Below, one piece after another: positions 1 to 11,405 of a stretch of 64,000 bases of DNA; position 1 is the first letter of the stretch; each line of letters begins with the position of its first letter. The DNA lies in assembly GCA_963837315.1 (NCBI GenBank), contig CAWINE010000005.1:189207-253206 (forward strand), given 5' to 3'. This stretch comes from an uncultured Chloroflexia bacterium (lineage in GTDB: Bacteria > Chloroflexota > Chloroflexia > QHBQ01 > JADMIH01). The translations under genes and the position numbers were made by a program. The notes beneath the pieces are model-generated. The model ran no database searches. It saw nothing but the letters and a program-made list of their open reading frames with translations, and had not been told where the DNA came from.

Positions 1-2722
1 AGACGGTTGAGGAAATCGATATCGCGGTCGTAGGCGAACCAGGAGAATATCTCGGCGATATCCTCAGGCTGCAATCGCTCAAGGTAATTTCCCTCGATCA
101 TCTCGGTGACCATCAGCGCGTTCGTGTCGAAAATGTCCGACAGCCTCTTCGCCTTATACGTTAGCTCGCCTTTGCGAATGTAGCTAAACTGCACAAGCAC
201 GTTCGTGATGCCCTTCAGCGTATTCTGAAGCCGCGTTTCCTCGAACTTGCGGCGCTCGTTAAGCCGGCGCTCGGCGTTATCGCGGTCGATCAGCAGGCGG
301 GCACGCTGCCTGCGAAACGATCGGTGCTCGCTCCGTACATTACAGGCGTGGCAGGGGTGCTTGCGCTCCTCGTCCGCAGCCTCCTTTATCTCGGCCCTGA
401 TTTCGTTGACGTGCGCTTGTGCCTTATCGGCGGCGTCCCCTGTCTGCGCGCCCAATGTAGCGCGATATTCGGCCTTCCATGCCTCAAGATCGGGCAGGTT
501 AGCAAAGGCCTCCGCGAGGCTCTCTGTCAGCGCGGCCATTTCCTCAGGCGTCGCCATCTCCTCCAGCGAGACGGTCGGGGGCACAGCAAGGGTGGTCAAC
601 GCCTGCGGCAGACGCACCACGACCGGGAACTCGGTTAGATAGTCGATGCCTCTGTATTCCGTCAGCGGCAGCACCTCACCCAACTCGGTGCCGTGCTCGC
701 CGACCAGCAGGAAGAGCCCTATAACCGCGCCCAATCCGCGCCCCAGGTAGATCGCCCAACCGCGCCCCTCAAGATGTACCAGCGATCCTTGCGGCATGGC
801 GCGGAACGCTCTGCGCAACACGTCACGCTCTGGTCGCTTCCATGGTATCCCCTCGCGCTGAAGCTGCAAGAACTGGAGGTTTTGCACGGCCTTCTTCTCG
901 CGCCGCCGTACCTCCTCCAGTACCCTGCCCAGGCGCTCGTACTCGTCCAGCAGCGCCTCACCATTCTCGTATCCAATGAGGCAGCCGATAGGGATGGCAG
1001 CAACCCGCTCTTCCTCATCCTCCAGCACGTCCTCGAGGTCGCGCAGGCGGCGGTTCTGCTGGAACTGGAGCAGCGAAGAGCGCATTACCAGAAGCACACG
1101 CTCTTCGGAGTGCGGAATTTGGAATGCGGAATTCGGAATGTCTTCCGCTTCGTCGCCATCCCGCACTTGCAAGGGCGGCTCCCAGAGATTGAGCACGGTG
1201 TTATAGCGCATGGTGAAGGCGCTCTCCACGGGGCGCAGCGGCCCTGTGGCGATATTCAGGGCTTCGTGGAACGTTACCATGGGCGAATAGGGGATGACCA
1301 CGTGGCCCTGCTCGTCGATGCCGCGCCGCCCCGCGCGCCCTGCCATCTGCTGGAACTCGTTGGGCAGCAAGGGCCGCCTGCTCACCCCGTCGTACTTGCT
1401 CATCCTGCCGATAACGACCGTGCGCGCGGGCATATTCACGCCAAGGGCCAGGGTGTCGGTGGCGAACACAACCCGCATGAGGGCTTTGCCGAACAACTCT
1501 TCCACAAGCTGCTTCAGGATGGGCAGGAGGCCAGCGTGGTGGAAGCCGAAGCCGCGCCGCGCAAGGTAGGCCATCAGCTGCACCTGCTCCAGCTTCCTGT
1601 CTTCCGGCGAAAGCCGGTCCAGAAAACTCGCCAGGATCTCGTTGATCCGCGCGCAAGGTCTCAGAGTTGTGTACCGCTTCGAGGCGCATCATGGCGCACA
1701 CCTCGGCTGCGGCCTCGCAGTCGCGGCGTGAGAACTGGAAGTAGATGGCAGGCAGCAGATCGGCCCTTTCCAGCTTCTCCACGATTTCCCGCGGCGCCGG
1801 CTCGGTACGCTCGTGCGTGCGCACGTCCTCGTCGAGCACCGGACCGCCGGCGCCTCTGCGACGAAGTTCTTCTTACGCACCTCGCCGCCCACGTTGAAGT
1901 CCACTATCTGCTGGCCCTTCGAGTTGATGACCAGGTTCAGTTGCCCGTCCAGGAAATAGTAGAGCGAGAGGGGCACAGCTCGCTTGAGGTGCGTCACCAG
2001 GTGGACGGGTTGTGGGTCCTGCTTATCCAATCCGCCACCTCCGGCGCGTTGCTCACCGTGGCAGACAGGCAGACCAGCTGTATGTACTTGGGGCACATGA
2101 TGATCGATTCTTCCCAGGTGGTGCCCCGCTCGGGGTCGGCCAGGTAGTGTATCTCGTCGAAGATGATGCAGCCCACGTCCCACAGCTCCGACGGCGTCTG
2201 CAACAGCATATTGCGCAGCACCTCGGTGGTCATCACCATGATCTGCCCGTTGCGGTTCTCTATGATGTCGCCGGTGAGCAGGCCCACCTTGTCCGCACCG
2301 TATTGCTCGCGCAAATCGCGGAACTTCTGGTTGGAGAGCGCCTTGATCGGCGTGGTGTACATCACCTTGAACCCTTTGCGCGCCGCCCGGAAGACCCCGA
2401 ACTCGGCCACAACCGTTTTGCCCGTGCCGGTGGGCGCGGCAACCATAGCACTCTCGCCCGTCGCCAGGTGCGCGATGGCCTCCTCCTGGAAAGGGTCCAG
2501 CGGGAAGGGATAGCGAGTGCGAAACTCCGCGACCATCGCCTCTTCTTCGGGCGATTGCAGATGGCCCGAATTGGGCGTGCCCAAGGAAACTACGGGCTGC
2601 AAATCATCCGGTTGAGGCGCTTCTTTTGCAGGCCGGCTAGCCGCAGCAGGCGACTTGCGGCTGCGCTTAGGCTTGGATAAAGCTTCAGCTTCTTTGGACG
2701 TAGGTTGGGGCTTTCTCGGCAT
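1..2722 (-). pseudogene. Ski2/HelY-like DEAD/DEAH-box helicase (N-terminus at 2722, runs off the window at 1), broken into 4 or more reading frames
   Basis: Walker A 'AAPTGTGKT' and 'DEIHY' motifs are in ORF 1994..2722. 'HLVTHLKRAVPL' (about 1980), 'LPAIYFQFSRRDCE' (about 1750) and 'VFATDTLALGVNMPARTVVI' (about 1400) each lie in a different frame. A DSHCT-like tail 'ITNVLVQFSYIRKGELTYKAKRLSDIFDTNALMVTEMIEG' translates from 300..1 on the minus strand. The shift near 2008 is a 1-nt change in a CCC run. Confidence 0.8.
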
Positions 2723-2844
2723 TGGGTGGTGACTCTCAGAGGACAGTTATTAAGGTAGACACGGTCTGGCTGCTGGAATTGCTATAATTTCGGCCATAGA
2801 CATTATACAACCTGCATCTCCCAATACCTGGCATTTGCTATACT

Positions 2845-3081
2845 ATGATTATGAACAGCGATTACCACAAGATAATAACCATCGAACCCGGCAAACGGGG
2901 TGGTAAGCCCGTCATCAGGGGTATGCGCATCACCGTCTACGATGTGCTATCCTACCTCGCGGCAGGGATGACACAGGAGCAAATACTCGAAGACTTCCCA
3001 TTTCTCACAGGAGAGGATATTCGAGCCTGCCTCAGCTATGCAGCCGATCGGGAACGGCAAACAACTGTAGCGGTTGAGTGA
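2845..3081 (+). CDS. DUF433 family protein (antitoxin-like)
   Basis: 'GKRGGKPVIRGMRITVYDVLSYLAAGMTQEQILEDFPFLTGEDIRA' matches the DUF433 signature. It overlaps the next ORF by 4 nt. Confidence 0.7.
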   Translation: MIMNSDYHKIITIEPGKRGGKPVIRGMRITVYDVLSYLAAGMTQEQILEDFPFLTGEDIRACLSYAADRERQTTVAVE

Positions 3082-3467
3082 GATTACTTCTCGACCAAAA
3101 CCTGTCCCCTCGCCTTGTCGCGCGCCTTGCTGACTTGTATCCGCAGATTAGGCGAAGCGACGGACTTAGTCTGACCTACGCACGACGTAAATTTGGTCGT
3201 TATACGCGATCTGATTTTAATGATAAGCCTGAGGCTATCCCCGTAATTTGGATCAGCAGGTATTCGCAAGATCGTACGCATCACTACGATGCTGTTATCG
3301 ATTTTGCGAAGGATAGAGCGTTGTTCTTGCTCATAGTAGCGAATGAACATACCTCAATCCGGAAAGCAATTCGGTGGCAGCGAGGCCCTCGACCATCTGC
3401 CCTGGAGGGGACCCTCTCTGATTTTACAATCGCGGTATACCTGCTTAGTCAACCCGCATCGAGCTGA
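3078..3467 (+). CDS. DUF5615-like / PIN-like protein, partner of the DUF433 gene; the C-terminal part is atypical and may be frameshifted
   Basis: The N-terminus 'MRLLLDQNLSPRLVARLAD' is the typical DUF5615 start. The rest diverges from the family. Confidence 0.45.
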   Translation: MRLLLDQNLSPRLVARLADLYPQIRRSDGLSLTYARRKFGRYTRSDFNDKPEAIPVIWISRYSQDRTHHYDAVIDFAKDRALFLLIVANEHTSIRKAIRWQRGPRPSALEGTLSDFTIAVYLLSQPASS

Positions 3468-3574
3468 ACTTCGCCCTGAAAATGAGATGACAGCTGCAGC
3501 GATGGCCGCTATAACCGGGTGGGCTCGACCAGAGCTTGAAGTCTGCCGCCTGGACGTGAGCGCGAACTGGGAAA

Positions 3575-4853
3575 TCACCGTCGAGAACATTCAGGCCGAA
3601 ATGCAGTGCCACGCAACTTCAAGCAGCCTGTAAGACCTCGTTCGTCTGCGGCGTCCGATTTCTGCCGGGCAGCGAGCGCCAATGCACCGATGCCGAGCAG
3701 AGTGAGCACGGCTGCAGCGGGGAACACCAGAAAGATATTTACGGGTGCGAGCACGCTGCCGATGGCAGGACCCACCGCTGAGCCGAGGTTCACAGGCAGA
3801 TAAGCGAACGTCATTACCCGCCCGCGCACCCTGCTCGGGGTTGATGTGGATAGCACGCTGAACGATAGGGCGAACAAGCCGGAGCTAAGGCCGTTGATGG
3901 CTGCCCAAAGTATCGTGAATGTCACAAGGTCGCCGGACAGTGACGGGAGCGGCCAGAGAGCCACCGCAACAGCGGCACCCACAAATAATACGCGCCAGTA
4001 GCCCACCCTGTCGCCTAACCAACCCAGCACAGGACTTAGAACAAGGGTGGTCAGGCCCCCCACGCCCAGTACTATACCTATAGCCGTGCCCGGCTCGTTG
4101 CCATTGTATAGCGCGCCAACGGCGATGGGCACGTACGTGAAGGCGAGCATCCACCCGGCGAAAAGGAGGAAGAGAGCCGGGAAGAGCACCCTCAACCGCT
4201 GTGGACCTCCCGATAATGCCTACCGATGAAACCGCCATGCTCATCAGCGAGCCGCGATCCGTGCCTTTGAAGTTATCCTTATAGCCGAAGGTCATGGCCA
4301 GGATGGTCATGGCCATGAGAGCCACATCCACAGCCATGAGGGCGGGAAAGCCCCAGGCGTCAACGATAGGCCCACCAACCAGCGGTCCCAGGAACGCCCC
4401 CAGCGGCGACGCGCCCGCCATAATCGAGAGGGACAGCCCGAGACGCCGCGCAGGTGCTCTCTCCGAAAGGGTGGTCATCATCAGACCACTGTTGCCGAGC
4501 GACAGGCTCATTACCGACCGCGCCAGCACGAAGAGCCAGATATTGCCGGCCAGCATCGCCACCACCCCGGCCAACATGTGCGCCACGAATGAGCGCACGA
4601 TCACCGGCTGGCGGGCAAAGCGGTCAGCGAGCGCACCCCAGAACGGCAGGAACGGCAGGCCCACCAGGCTGGAAATGGCAACGATAGCCCCCGTCCATGT
4701 CTTTATATCGGCGGGATCGGTAATGCCAAGCCTGGGCAGAAAGATGGGCGTAAAGGCCCCCATCTGGCTCCAGAACGCCGCCTCCACCAGGCTCGCCAGC
4801 GTAAAGAGCGTCAGCAGCCACACCCAGGAATCGCGCCGTGATTGCGTGGTCAT
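3575..4853 (-). CDS. MFS transporter with an apparent frameshift near 4200
   Basis: ORFs 3885..4853 and 3575..4195 are consecutive 6-TM halves in different frames. 'GALADRFARQPV' is the MFS motif A region. Confidence 0.7.
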
Positions 4854-5116
4854 TGCGTGGTCCCCATTAGCTGCTTCCGGCCCATGCTTGCCCTATGGTG
4901 AGAGAGTCCTGGACGCGCCGATATCTGTAATGGTTGGGCCTCGGCACGATTAGCAACGAGAGTAGTTAAAACAGAAAAGCTCTAGCAGACCCGAAAGTCT
5001 ATCAGAGCTTCTGTGCCTTTGAGAGCCTAAACTCTCGCAGTGAGGAGTATAATACAGGATGTTTATCTGTCTTGTCAAGGGCTTTTGACACGTCTTTTGA
5101 GCGAGTTTCACAGTCC

Positions 5117-5686
5117 TTAGTCCGTGAACTCCTGCACGAACATCTTCCCATACACTCCCCCATCCAGCACCCCAATGCCAATCTTGCGGAAGTTGGGGTT
5201 GAGTATATTGGCACGGTGTCCGGGCGAGTTCATCAGCCCATCGTGGGCTATCTGGAGGGTGGGGGCGAGGGCCAGGTTCTCCCCGGCATACTGGTATGTG
5301 ACTCCTGCGTCGTGCATACGGTCGAAGGGGTCTTTGCCCTCAGGCGTGACATGCGCAAAATAGCCGCGCTTGAACATGTCATCGGCATGGCTGCGCGCCA
5401 GTTGCACCAGCGCATCGTCCATCTGGAGGGCCACAAGCCCTCGGCTCGTCCGCTCCTGGTTCACCAGCGCCAGCATGCCCTGTTCGTCCGCCGGGTCAGG
5501 CTGGGCGTTGCTCACCGTGAACTGGAGCTGAATTCCTCCTTCGTTCGCCTCGCCCGGCTGGGTGGGAGGCTCCACGGTGATGAAGCCGAGGGCCTGGCGC
5601 GCGGCGGGACCGAATATGCCCTCGAAGGGCCTCTCAAGCCCCAGCGTGGCCGACACCAGCCGGCCTCCAATGGCCGAATTGAGCAC
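5117..5686 (-). CDS. CAP/SCP/PR1-like domain protein (YkwD-like)
   Basis: 'GYFAHVTPEGKDPFDRMHDAGVTYQYAGENLA...HDGLMNSPGHRANILNPNFRKIGIGV' is CAP-domain signature. Confidence 0.75.
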   Translation of the reverse strand: MLNSAIGGRLVSATLGLERPFEGIFGPAARQALGFITVEPPTQPGEANEGGIQLQFTVSNAQPDPADEQGMLALVNQERTSRGLVALQMDDALVQLARSHADDMFKRGYFAHVTPEGKDPFDRMHDAGVTYQYAGENLALAPTLQIAHDGLMNSPGHRANILNPNFRKIGIGVLDGGVYGKMFVQEFTD

Positions 5687-5754
5687 ATCCTGACGTACGT
5701 TGTTCTGGATAGGCAGCAGGGCCGCCAGGTCAGCAACACTGCGGATAGGATTAT

Positions 5755-6090
5755 CCCCTGTATGGCGCCTGGAATAATGGCAAGGAGGCGGTTGGTCGTC
5801 GACTGCTGTAGCGTGGCGCTATACCGGCGTAACACCGTTCGCTCCAGGGTGTTGAATAGCCCCTCAGTCAAGAGCCACAGCCCCACGAACGCCAGCGGAG
5901 CGCTCCAGATAACCCCCAGATTGAGTTGCCTGTTGATGTAATCGGACAGAGCAGGGGAGAAAGTGAAAGCAACTGCCAGCGATACCACGAAACCGACCAG
6001 CGAAAGTAGCACCGCCACGAAACCACGTCGAGTGGCCGCGTAAGCCGACCAGATAATAATGCCAAGCGCGATGAGGTCAGCCCAGTTCAT
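5755..6090 (-). CDS. CvpA-family membrane domain (N-terminal part), possibly continuous with the CAP domain downstream through a frame change
   Basis: 'MNWADLIALGIIIWSAYAATRRGFVAVLLSLVGFVVSLAVAF' is the CvpA N-terminus. The frame degenerates after about 5760, where the CAP-domain frame opens. Confidence 0.5.
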
Positions 6091-6091
6091 G

Positions 6092-6391
6092 CTAATGGCC
6101 CGCTTCCTCGAAATCGGCGGCCACCTGAACCGCGCAAGCGCCTCTGAACAGGGGCGCGAAGTCGAGATGAGCGGGGTGCGCCGCGTAGTCGGCGAGACCT
6201 TGCATATCGTTGAAACGCATCACAAAGCAGTGGCCGAACGTCTGGTTGCGCCCTCCCACCACAGGCCCATACTCCAGGCTGACCACCGACGGCACTTTAC
6301 GGGCCAGCGCCACCAGATCTGCTTCAATCTGCGTACGCTCCTCAGGAGTGACTTCATCTTTGTAGTTCCAGAGCATGATATGTTGAATCAT
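6092..6391 (-). CDS. Dabb-family stress-responsive dimeric alpha/beta-barrel protein
   Basis: 99 aa. 'MIQHIMLWNYKDEVTPEE...GHCFVMRFNDMQGLADYAAHPAH' fits the Dabb fold family. Confidence 0.7.
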   Translation of the reverse strand: MIQHIMLWNYKDEVTPEERTQIEADLVALARKVPSVVSLEYGPVVGGRNQTFGHCFVMRFNDMQGLADYAAHPAHLDFAPLFRGACAVQVAADFEEAGH

Positions 6392-6705
6392 ATCTCCCCT
6401 ATCAGCTAGCAGCTATCAGCTGTTGGTCGACCTTCGTCCTTCGTCCTTCGTCCTTCGTCCACTGACCCCTGACCCCCATTATAGATGGGCGTAGCATCTG
6501 GGACAATGCAGGCCTCCAGATGTGTGTCTTGTAACCTTCGCCGTATGTCTAAATAGCCTTCCCGCAAGCCAACGACCCTGCCGAACGCCCAGAGGCCGCA
6601 GGTTGGGGCAAGTAGTGCCATGTACCGAGGTACCGAGTTCAAGTGACTGTTACTCGTTACTTCTTTTTATGTTAGTGCCTGATAGGGCAGCAAAGGAATA
6701 ATCTT

Positions 6706-6936
6706 ATGGTGGCAAGAATAGATTGGCTCAATAATTGCATTGATAGAATGCTTGCGGGAAAGAGGCCGTCTACACCTGAGCAATGGGGTGTAAAGGACTG
6801 TATAATGAGCAAGGATGTCGATCTACTCAGGCAGGCGGCCCAGCTCGCCAGCTTGCGCCCGGGAGCATCGGAGCCTGACCCGCTTTTCATCTCGCAAGCT
6901 CGAACGCGGATGCTTGCTGAGGCAGCAAGCGAGTAG
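6706..6936 (+). CDS. hypothetical small protein
   Basis: 76-aa ORF with no recognisable motif. Confidence 0.25.
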   Translation: MVARIDWLNNCIDRMLAGKRPSTPEQWGVKDCIMSKDVDLLRQAAQLASLRPGASEPDPLFISQARTRMLAEAASE

Positions 6937-7034
6937 TAGAATCCCGTGAGAATATTTGAGATCACTCAGGAGGAAATCACTTTTGGTTAATTCCAGGAAC
7001 AGGTTCGTACGTTTTGGTCTTATGATACGTATTA

Positions 7035-7475
7035 ATGGGCATACTCGGCTGGGGCCTCGCCGCGTGCGGTGGGGATACCTCAACAGCCACGCCGCAACAG
7101 TCGGCCACTACTCTCGCGGTGCCAGGAGCTACTGACACTACCGGCGCTACACCAGGAGCAATGAACACTCCAGGCGCCGGCGGCTCTGCAGGCGAACAAG
7201 AAGTTGACATCACTCTTCAGGAGTTTTCGATCACTCCGGCGCAAGTTACAGTCAATGCAGGCAAAGTACGATTTGTTGTAACGAACAAGGGCACTCTAAG
7301 CCATAACTTCACCATAACAACCGATTCGGGCACCCTGGCTGCCACCCCAACTTTCGCAGCCAGCGACAGCCCCCAGGTACTGGAAGTAGACCTGAAAGCC
7401 GGCACCTACCAGACACTCTGCAGCGTCCCCGGCCACGCTCAGCACGGGCAAAGGGGCATGATTACTGTGAAGTAG
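7035..7475 (+). CDS. cupredoxin (plastocyanin/azurin-like type-1 copper) lipoprotein
   Basis: 'MGILGWGLAACGG' is a lipobox. A Thr/Ala/Gly-rich linker follows. Copper ligands are 'HNF...C..PGH...GM' (His, Cys, His, Met). Confidence 0.7.
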   Translation: MGILGWGLAACGGDTSTATPQQSATTLAVPGATDTTGATPGAMNTPGAGGSAGEQEVDITLQEFSITPAQVTVNAGKVRFVVTNKGTLSHNFTITTDSGTLAATPTFAASDSPQVLEVDLKAGTYQTLCSVPGHAQHGQRGMITVK

Positions 7476-7629
7476 GGGACGTAGTTGTCAGTTGTCAGTT
7501 GTCAGTTGTCAGTAGACTCAGTGACCAGTGACCAGTGACCGGTGACCGGTGAGGGTAAGCAGTAAGCAGTAAGCAGTTACAAGCGGGCTACTGACAACTG
7601 ACAACTGACCAACTCGCGTATAATATCCC

Positions 7630-10582
7630 ATGGACGCCATCACCGGCTTCTCCTTCGCACGACCCAGGCACTGCTTCTCCTTCTGCTGCTGGTGCCGCTC
7701 GCGGTCTACCTCTCGCGCACCAGCGTGGCATCTGCTGCGGCCCAGGCGGCGCGGGTCGGCCTCGCTCTCCGGATTGCCCTCATTGCTTTGCTGGTGCTGG
7801 CCCTGGCGGGCACAGGCATCGTGCGCGCCGCCGACAGGCTCTCGGTGGTGTTCTTACTGGACCACTCCGATAGCGTTCCGGCCAGATGCAAATGCGCAGG
7901 CTGCATACGTAAACAGCCGCGATTGGCTCAATGACGGGCGGGGACGCAGCGGGGGTAGTGATGTTCGGGGCCAATGCCCTGGTGGACCGTCCTGTTTCGC
8001 CTGATAAGATCGCCGCCCGACCTCAGCAGCAAACCCACCACCACTTACAGCAACCTGGCGGACGCAATCAATCTGGGACTGGGAATTTTGCCTGCCGGTA
8101 CTCGCTCAAAGGCTCGTGCTCCTGTCGGATGGCCAGGAGAATGTCGGAAGTGCCGAGTGGGCGGCCCGGCTGGCCGCGCGCATGGCGTGCCCGTGGACGT
8201 TGTGCCGCTCGCCTCGTGATCGGGGCCTGAGGTGTGGGTGGACGGGCTGACCGCGCCTTCTCCTGTGCGCGAGGGCGAGCATGTTTCCCTGCAGACAGTC
8301 CGTGTCGAGCAGCACCGACACGACCTCCACTCTGACTCTCCTGATGCGATGGCGCGCCGCTCAGCAGCAGGCACAGTCAGCTCTCTCTCGGCACGAACCG
8401 CTTCGTCCAGCAATTACCCCCCGCCACAAGGGGATTTCATACATATTCTGTGCGATTGAGCCTGCCGCCGGGCGCTGACACCAGAAGGAAAACAACAGCT
8501 ACAGCGCCTTTTCGCTCGTCCTGGGCAAGCCGAGCGTCCTGTATTGTAGAAGGACACGCAGGGAAGCGCGGCTTTGCAAACGCGCTCGGCACTTCTATGC
8601 AAACAGAAGTGGTACCGGCCGCGAACATGCCCGCGACCCAAAGACTCTTGCCGGCTACGATGGCATCGTGCTGGTGAATGTGCCTGCCTCGTCTCTCTCC
8701 GGCGAGACGATGGACAGCCTGCAACTGGCGGTGCGCGACCTGGGGAAAGGGCTGATCGTAATTGGCGGAGACGAGAGCTACGCGGCGGGCGGCTATTTCA
8801 GAACCCCTCTGAAGACATGCTCCCCGTGAACCTGGACCTCCCCTCCAAACTGGACATTCCGAGCGTGGCGATGGTGATGGTGATAGACCGCTCAGGCAGC
8901 ATGGAGGAGGCACACACTGCCGGAGGGGCAGGCGTGAAGAAGATCGAGCTTGCCAAGGAAGCGGCGGCTGAGGCCGTGGCCCAATTGAGCGAGCACGATT
9001 ACGCAGGTGTTATTACGTTCGACAGCGCGGCCGACTGGGTGCTGCCTCTGCAGCAGTTGGGCGACCCTGCGCTCTTCAAGAGCAAGATCGGCAGCATCAC
9101 CGCTGGGGGCGGCACTTATATTTATGCGGGCCTTTCGCCCGCCGTAGACGCGCTGGTACAGAGCAAAGCCAGGAGCAAGCATATTATCCTGCTGACCGAC
9201 GGCGATTCCGAAATGGCGGATTACCAGAGCCTCCTGAAGAAGATGAGCGACAACGACATCACCCTCTCGACCGTGGCGGTGGGGGCAGACGCCGACCAGG
9301 CGCTCATGCAGAGCCTGGCTGCAGGGGGCAAGGGGCAATATTATTACACAGAAGATGGCAACGCCTTGCCGCAGATATTTGCCCACGAGAGCCATATCGC
9401 CTGCGCGCTCCTACCTCATCGAGCACCCATTCACGCCCGAACGCTCGGCCCCATCGCCGATCTTCGATGGCCTGGGCGGGCTGCCGCCATTGCAGGGCTA
9501 TGTGGGCACATCGCCCAGGGCAGGCGGGCAGATTTCGCTCGTGTCAGATGCGGGCGACCCCGTGATGGCGCAGTGGCAGTACGGGCTTGGCCGGGTGGTT
9601 GCCTGGACGTCGGACGCTAAAGGCCAGTGGGCCAAAGATTGGGTCAGCTGGCAGGATTTCGCCCGCTTCTGGTCTCAGGCGGTGGGCTGGTCTACCGGAC
9701 GCGCAATCGGGAGGCGCATTGCAGCCACAGGTCAGATAGAGGCCGGCACGGCAACATACAGCCGTGGATGCCACTGCGCCCGACGGTTCCTACCTGAACG
9801 GCATGACGGCGAGCGCAAGCATCGTCGCGCCTGACAACCTGACTTCCACGGTGACGCTGCGCCAGACCACAGCGGGTCGATACAAGGGAGCTTTCCGAGC
9901 CACCGAAGAAGGAGCTTACCTGGTAAGGGTGCAGGCAAGCGGAGGCGCTGGGGCCGCCGATTTAAGCCAGACGCTGGGCGTGGTCGTGCCCTATTCTCCC
10001 GAATATCGCGGCAACACCGGGGATGACGGCTTGTTGGGCAGGCTCGCGAGTCTGACGGGCGGGCGAACGTTCTGCGCCTGCAAGATACCGCCGCGCCCTT
10101 CGAGCACAATCTTAGCGCAGTGCAGACTACCGCCGATCTTTGGCCCCTGCTGGTGCTGCTTGCCGTTCTGCTGTTGCCGTTCGATATCGGCGTGAGGCGC
10201 ATTTCAATGAGCAAAGCGGACTTATTGCAGGCGATTGACACCATGAAGCGAAGGCTGGGATGGCAACCCCGCTCGCAGCCCGCCGTAGCCTCGGCTTCGT
10301 CGTCTTCGGCTGGAAATGGCCGCTCTATTCGGCGCGAAATCCCGTATTCGACGACCGGCGACCGACGACAGTTCGCTATACACTCATCGACCCGCATCTG
10401 ATGTTGCCCCGCCGGTGTTGGGCGAGCTTTCTTTACCACAAATCGAGAAGAAAGCGGAAACCGAGCCCCTCAGCCAATCGGTTCCCACAAGGTCCGATGC
10501 CGTGAGCGGAGGACCTTCCCCAGATGCGGAAGCTGAAGCGCTAGCAGCCAGGCTGCGGCGCGCTCGCGACCAACGGCGATAA
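7630..10582 (+). pseudogene. large membrane-anchored double-vWA domain protein fragmented into 6 or more frames
   Basis: An N-terminal TM segment and the MIDAS motif 'VVFLLDHSDSV' lie at 7692..7934. 'VLLSDGQENVGSAEWAA' and 'TNLADAINLGLGILPAGT' are in two other frames. The second vWA domain 'VMVIDRSGSMEE...ILLTDGDS' is at 8574..9620. The conserved 'GLGRVVAWTSDAKGQWAKDWVSWQDFARFW' is at 9355..9834. The C-terminal TM 'LWPLLVLLAVLLLPF' is at 10120 onward. Confidence 0.65.
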
Positions 10583-10772
10583 AATGGTATAGTGGGCAGT
10601 GGGCAGTGGGCAGTTGCCCATAACCAGCAAAACATAAACCCCTAATAACCTCTGTGATCTCTGTGCCCTCCTGATCCTGTGATTTAAAACAATAAAAACC
10701 TTGGCGTCTTGGCGTTGAAAACCTCGTCCCTCAACCGACAACTGACAACTGACAACTACGTAGGAGGCCCTT

Positions 10773-11132
10773 ATGAGCTACGAATACAACGAGACATGCA
10801 TATTCTGCAAGCTTGCGAAAGGGATGGCGAGGGCCGAAATTATCTTGCAAGACGATAGAATTATCGCTTTCAAGGACATTCACGCCCAGGCTCCCGCCCA
10901 TGCCCTGATCATTCCACGCGAGCATATCACCGCCCTCTGGGAGGCCGACGCCTCGCACGAGCCTATTTTGGGCCGCCTGCTGACAGCGTGTAACGAAGTG
11001 GCACAGGAGCTTGGCGTGGGCACAAGCGGCTATCGCGTGGTGATCAACTCAGGGCCCGACGCCGGGCAGAGCGTCGACCACCTGCATGTCCACGTGCTAG
11101 GCGGACGCAAGATGGAGTGGCCCCCAGGTTGA
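10773..11132 (+). CDS. HIT-family (Hint) histidine triad protein
   Basis: 119 aa with 'HLHVHVLGG'. Confidence 0.85.
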   Translation: MSYEYNETCIFCKLAKGMARAEIILQDDRIIAFKDIHAQAPAHALIIPREHITALWEADASHEPILGRLLTACNEVAQELGVGTSGYRVVINSGPDAGQSVDHLHVHVLGGRKMEWPPG

Positions 11133-11151
11133 GAATTTAGACTACCAGACA

Positions 11152-11208
11152 AAAAGAAGAGATGGGGTTGGACGCAGGCAAACCCCATCTCTTCTTTTTG
11201 TCTGGTAA
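11152..11208. terminator. hairpin terminator between the HIT gene and the minus-strand region
   Basis: 'aagaagagatggggtt...aaccccatctcttctt' is a perfect 16-bp inverted repeat followed by T-rich sequence. Confidence 0.5.
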
Positions 11209-11405
11209 TCAACTGCCCGCCTTGCGATTGACAATTTGAACAACCTTCGTGTAACATTCCAGAAATCAGGTGCGGCGTTCACAGTGCGGGTCTATAAGGA
11301 CCTTTGTTGAGCGTGCGCCTGGCATGACGACCGGCGACTGGCGACCGACGATGGCTGCGGTCTACTGACAACTGACAACTGACAACTACGGTACGACACA
11401 TAACT

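Noticed and set aside
693-2147. 484-aa plus-strand ORF
   Set aside because: It is entirely antisense to the helicase and has low-complexity Arg/Ala/Pro-rich translation typical of high-GC shadow ORFs. Other long antisense ORFs are rejected for the same reason: 4294..4953, 5072..5941, 34306..35109, 35942..36634, 39867..40491, 41135..41866 and 57639..58394.
2780-2800. 'ttgctataat' as an extended -10 promoter in the helicase/DUF433 divergent region
   Set aside because: It is a plausible sigma-70 -10 box, but a single hexamer match in a 120-bp AT-richer gap is too weak to report as a feature.
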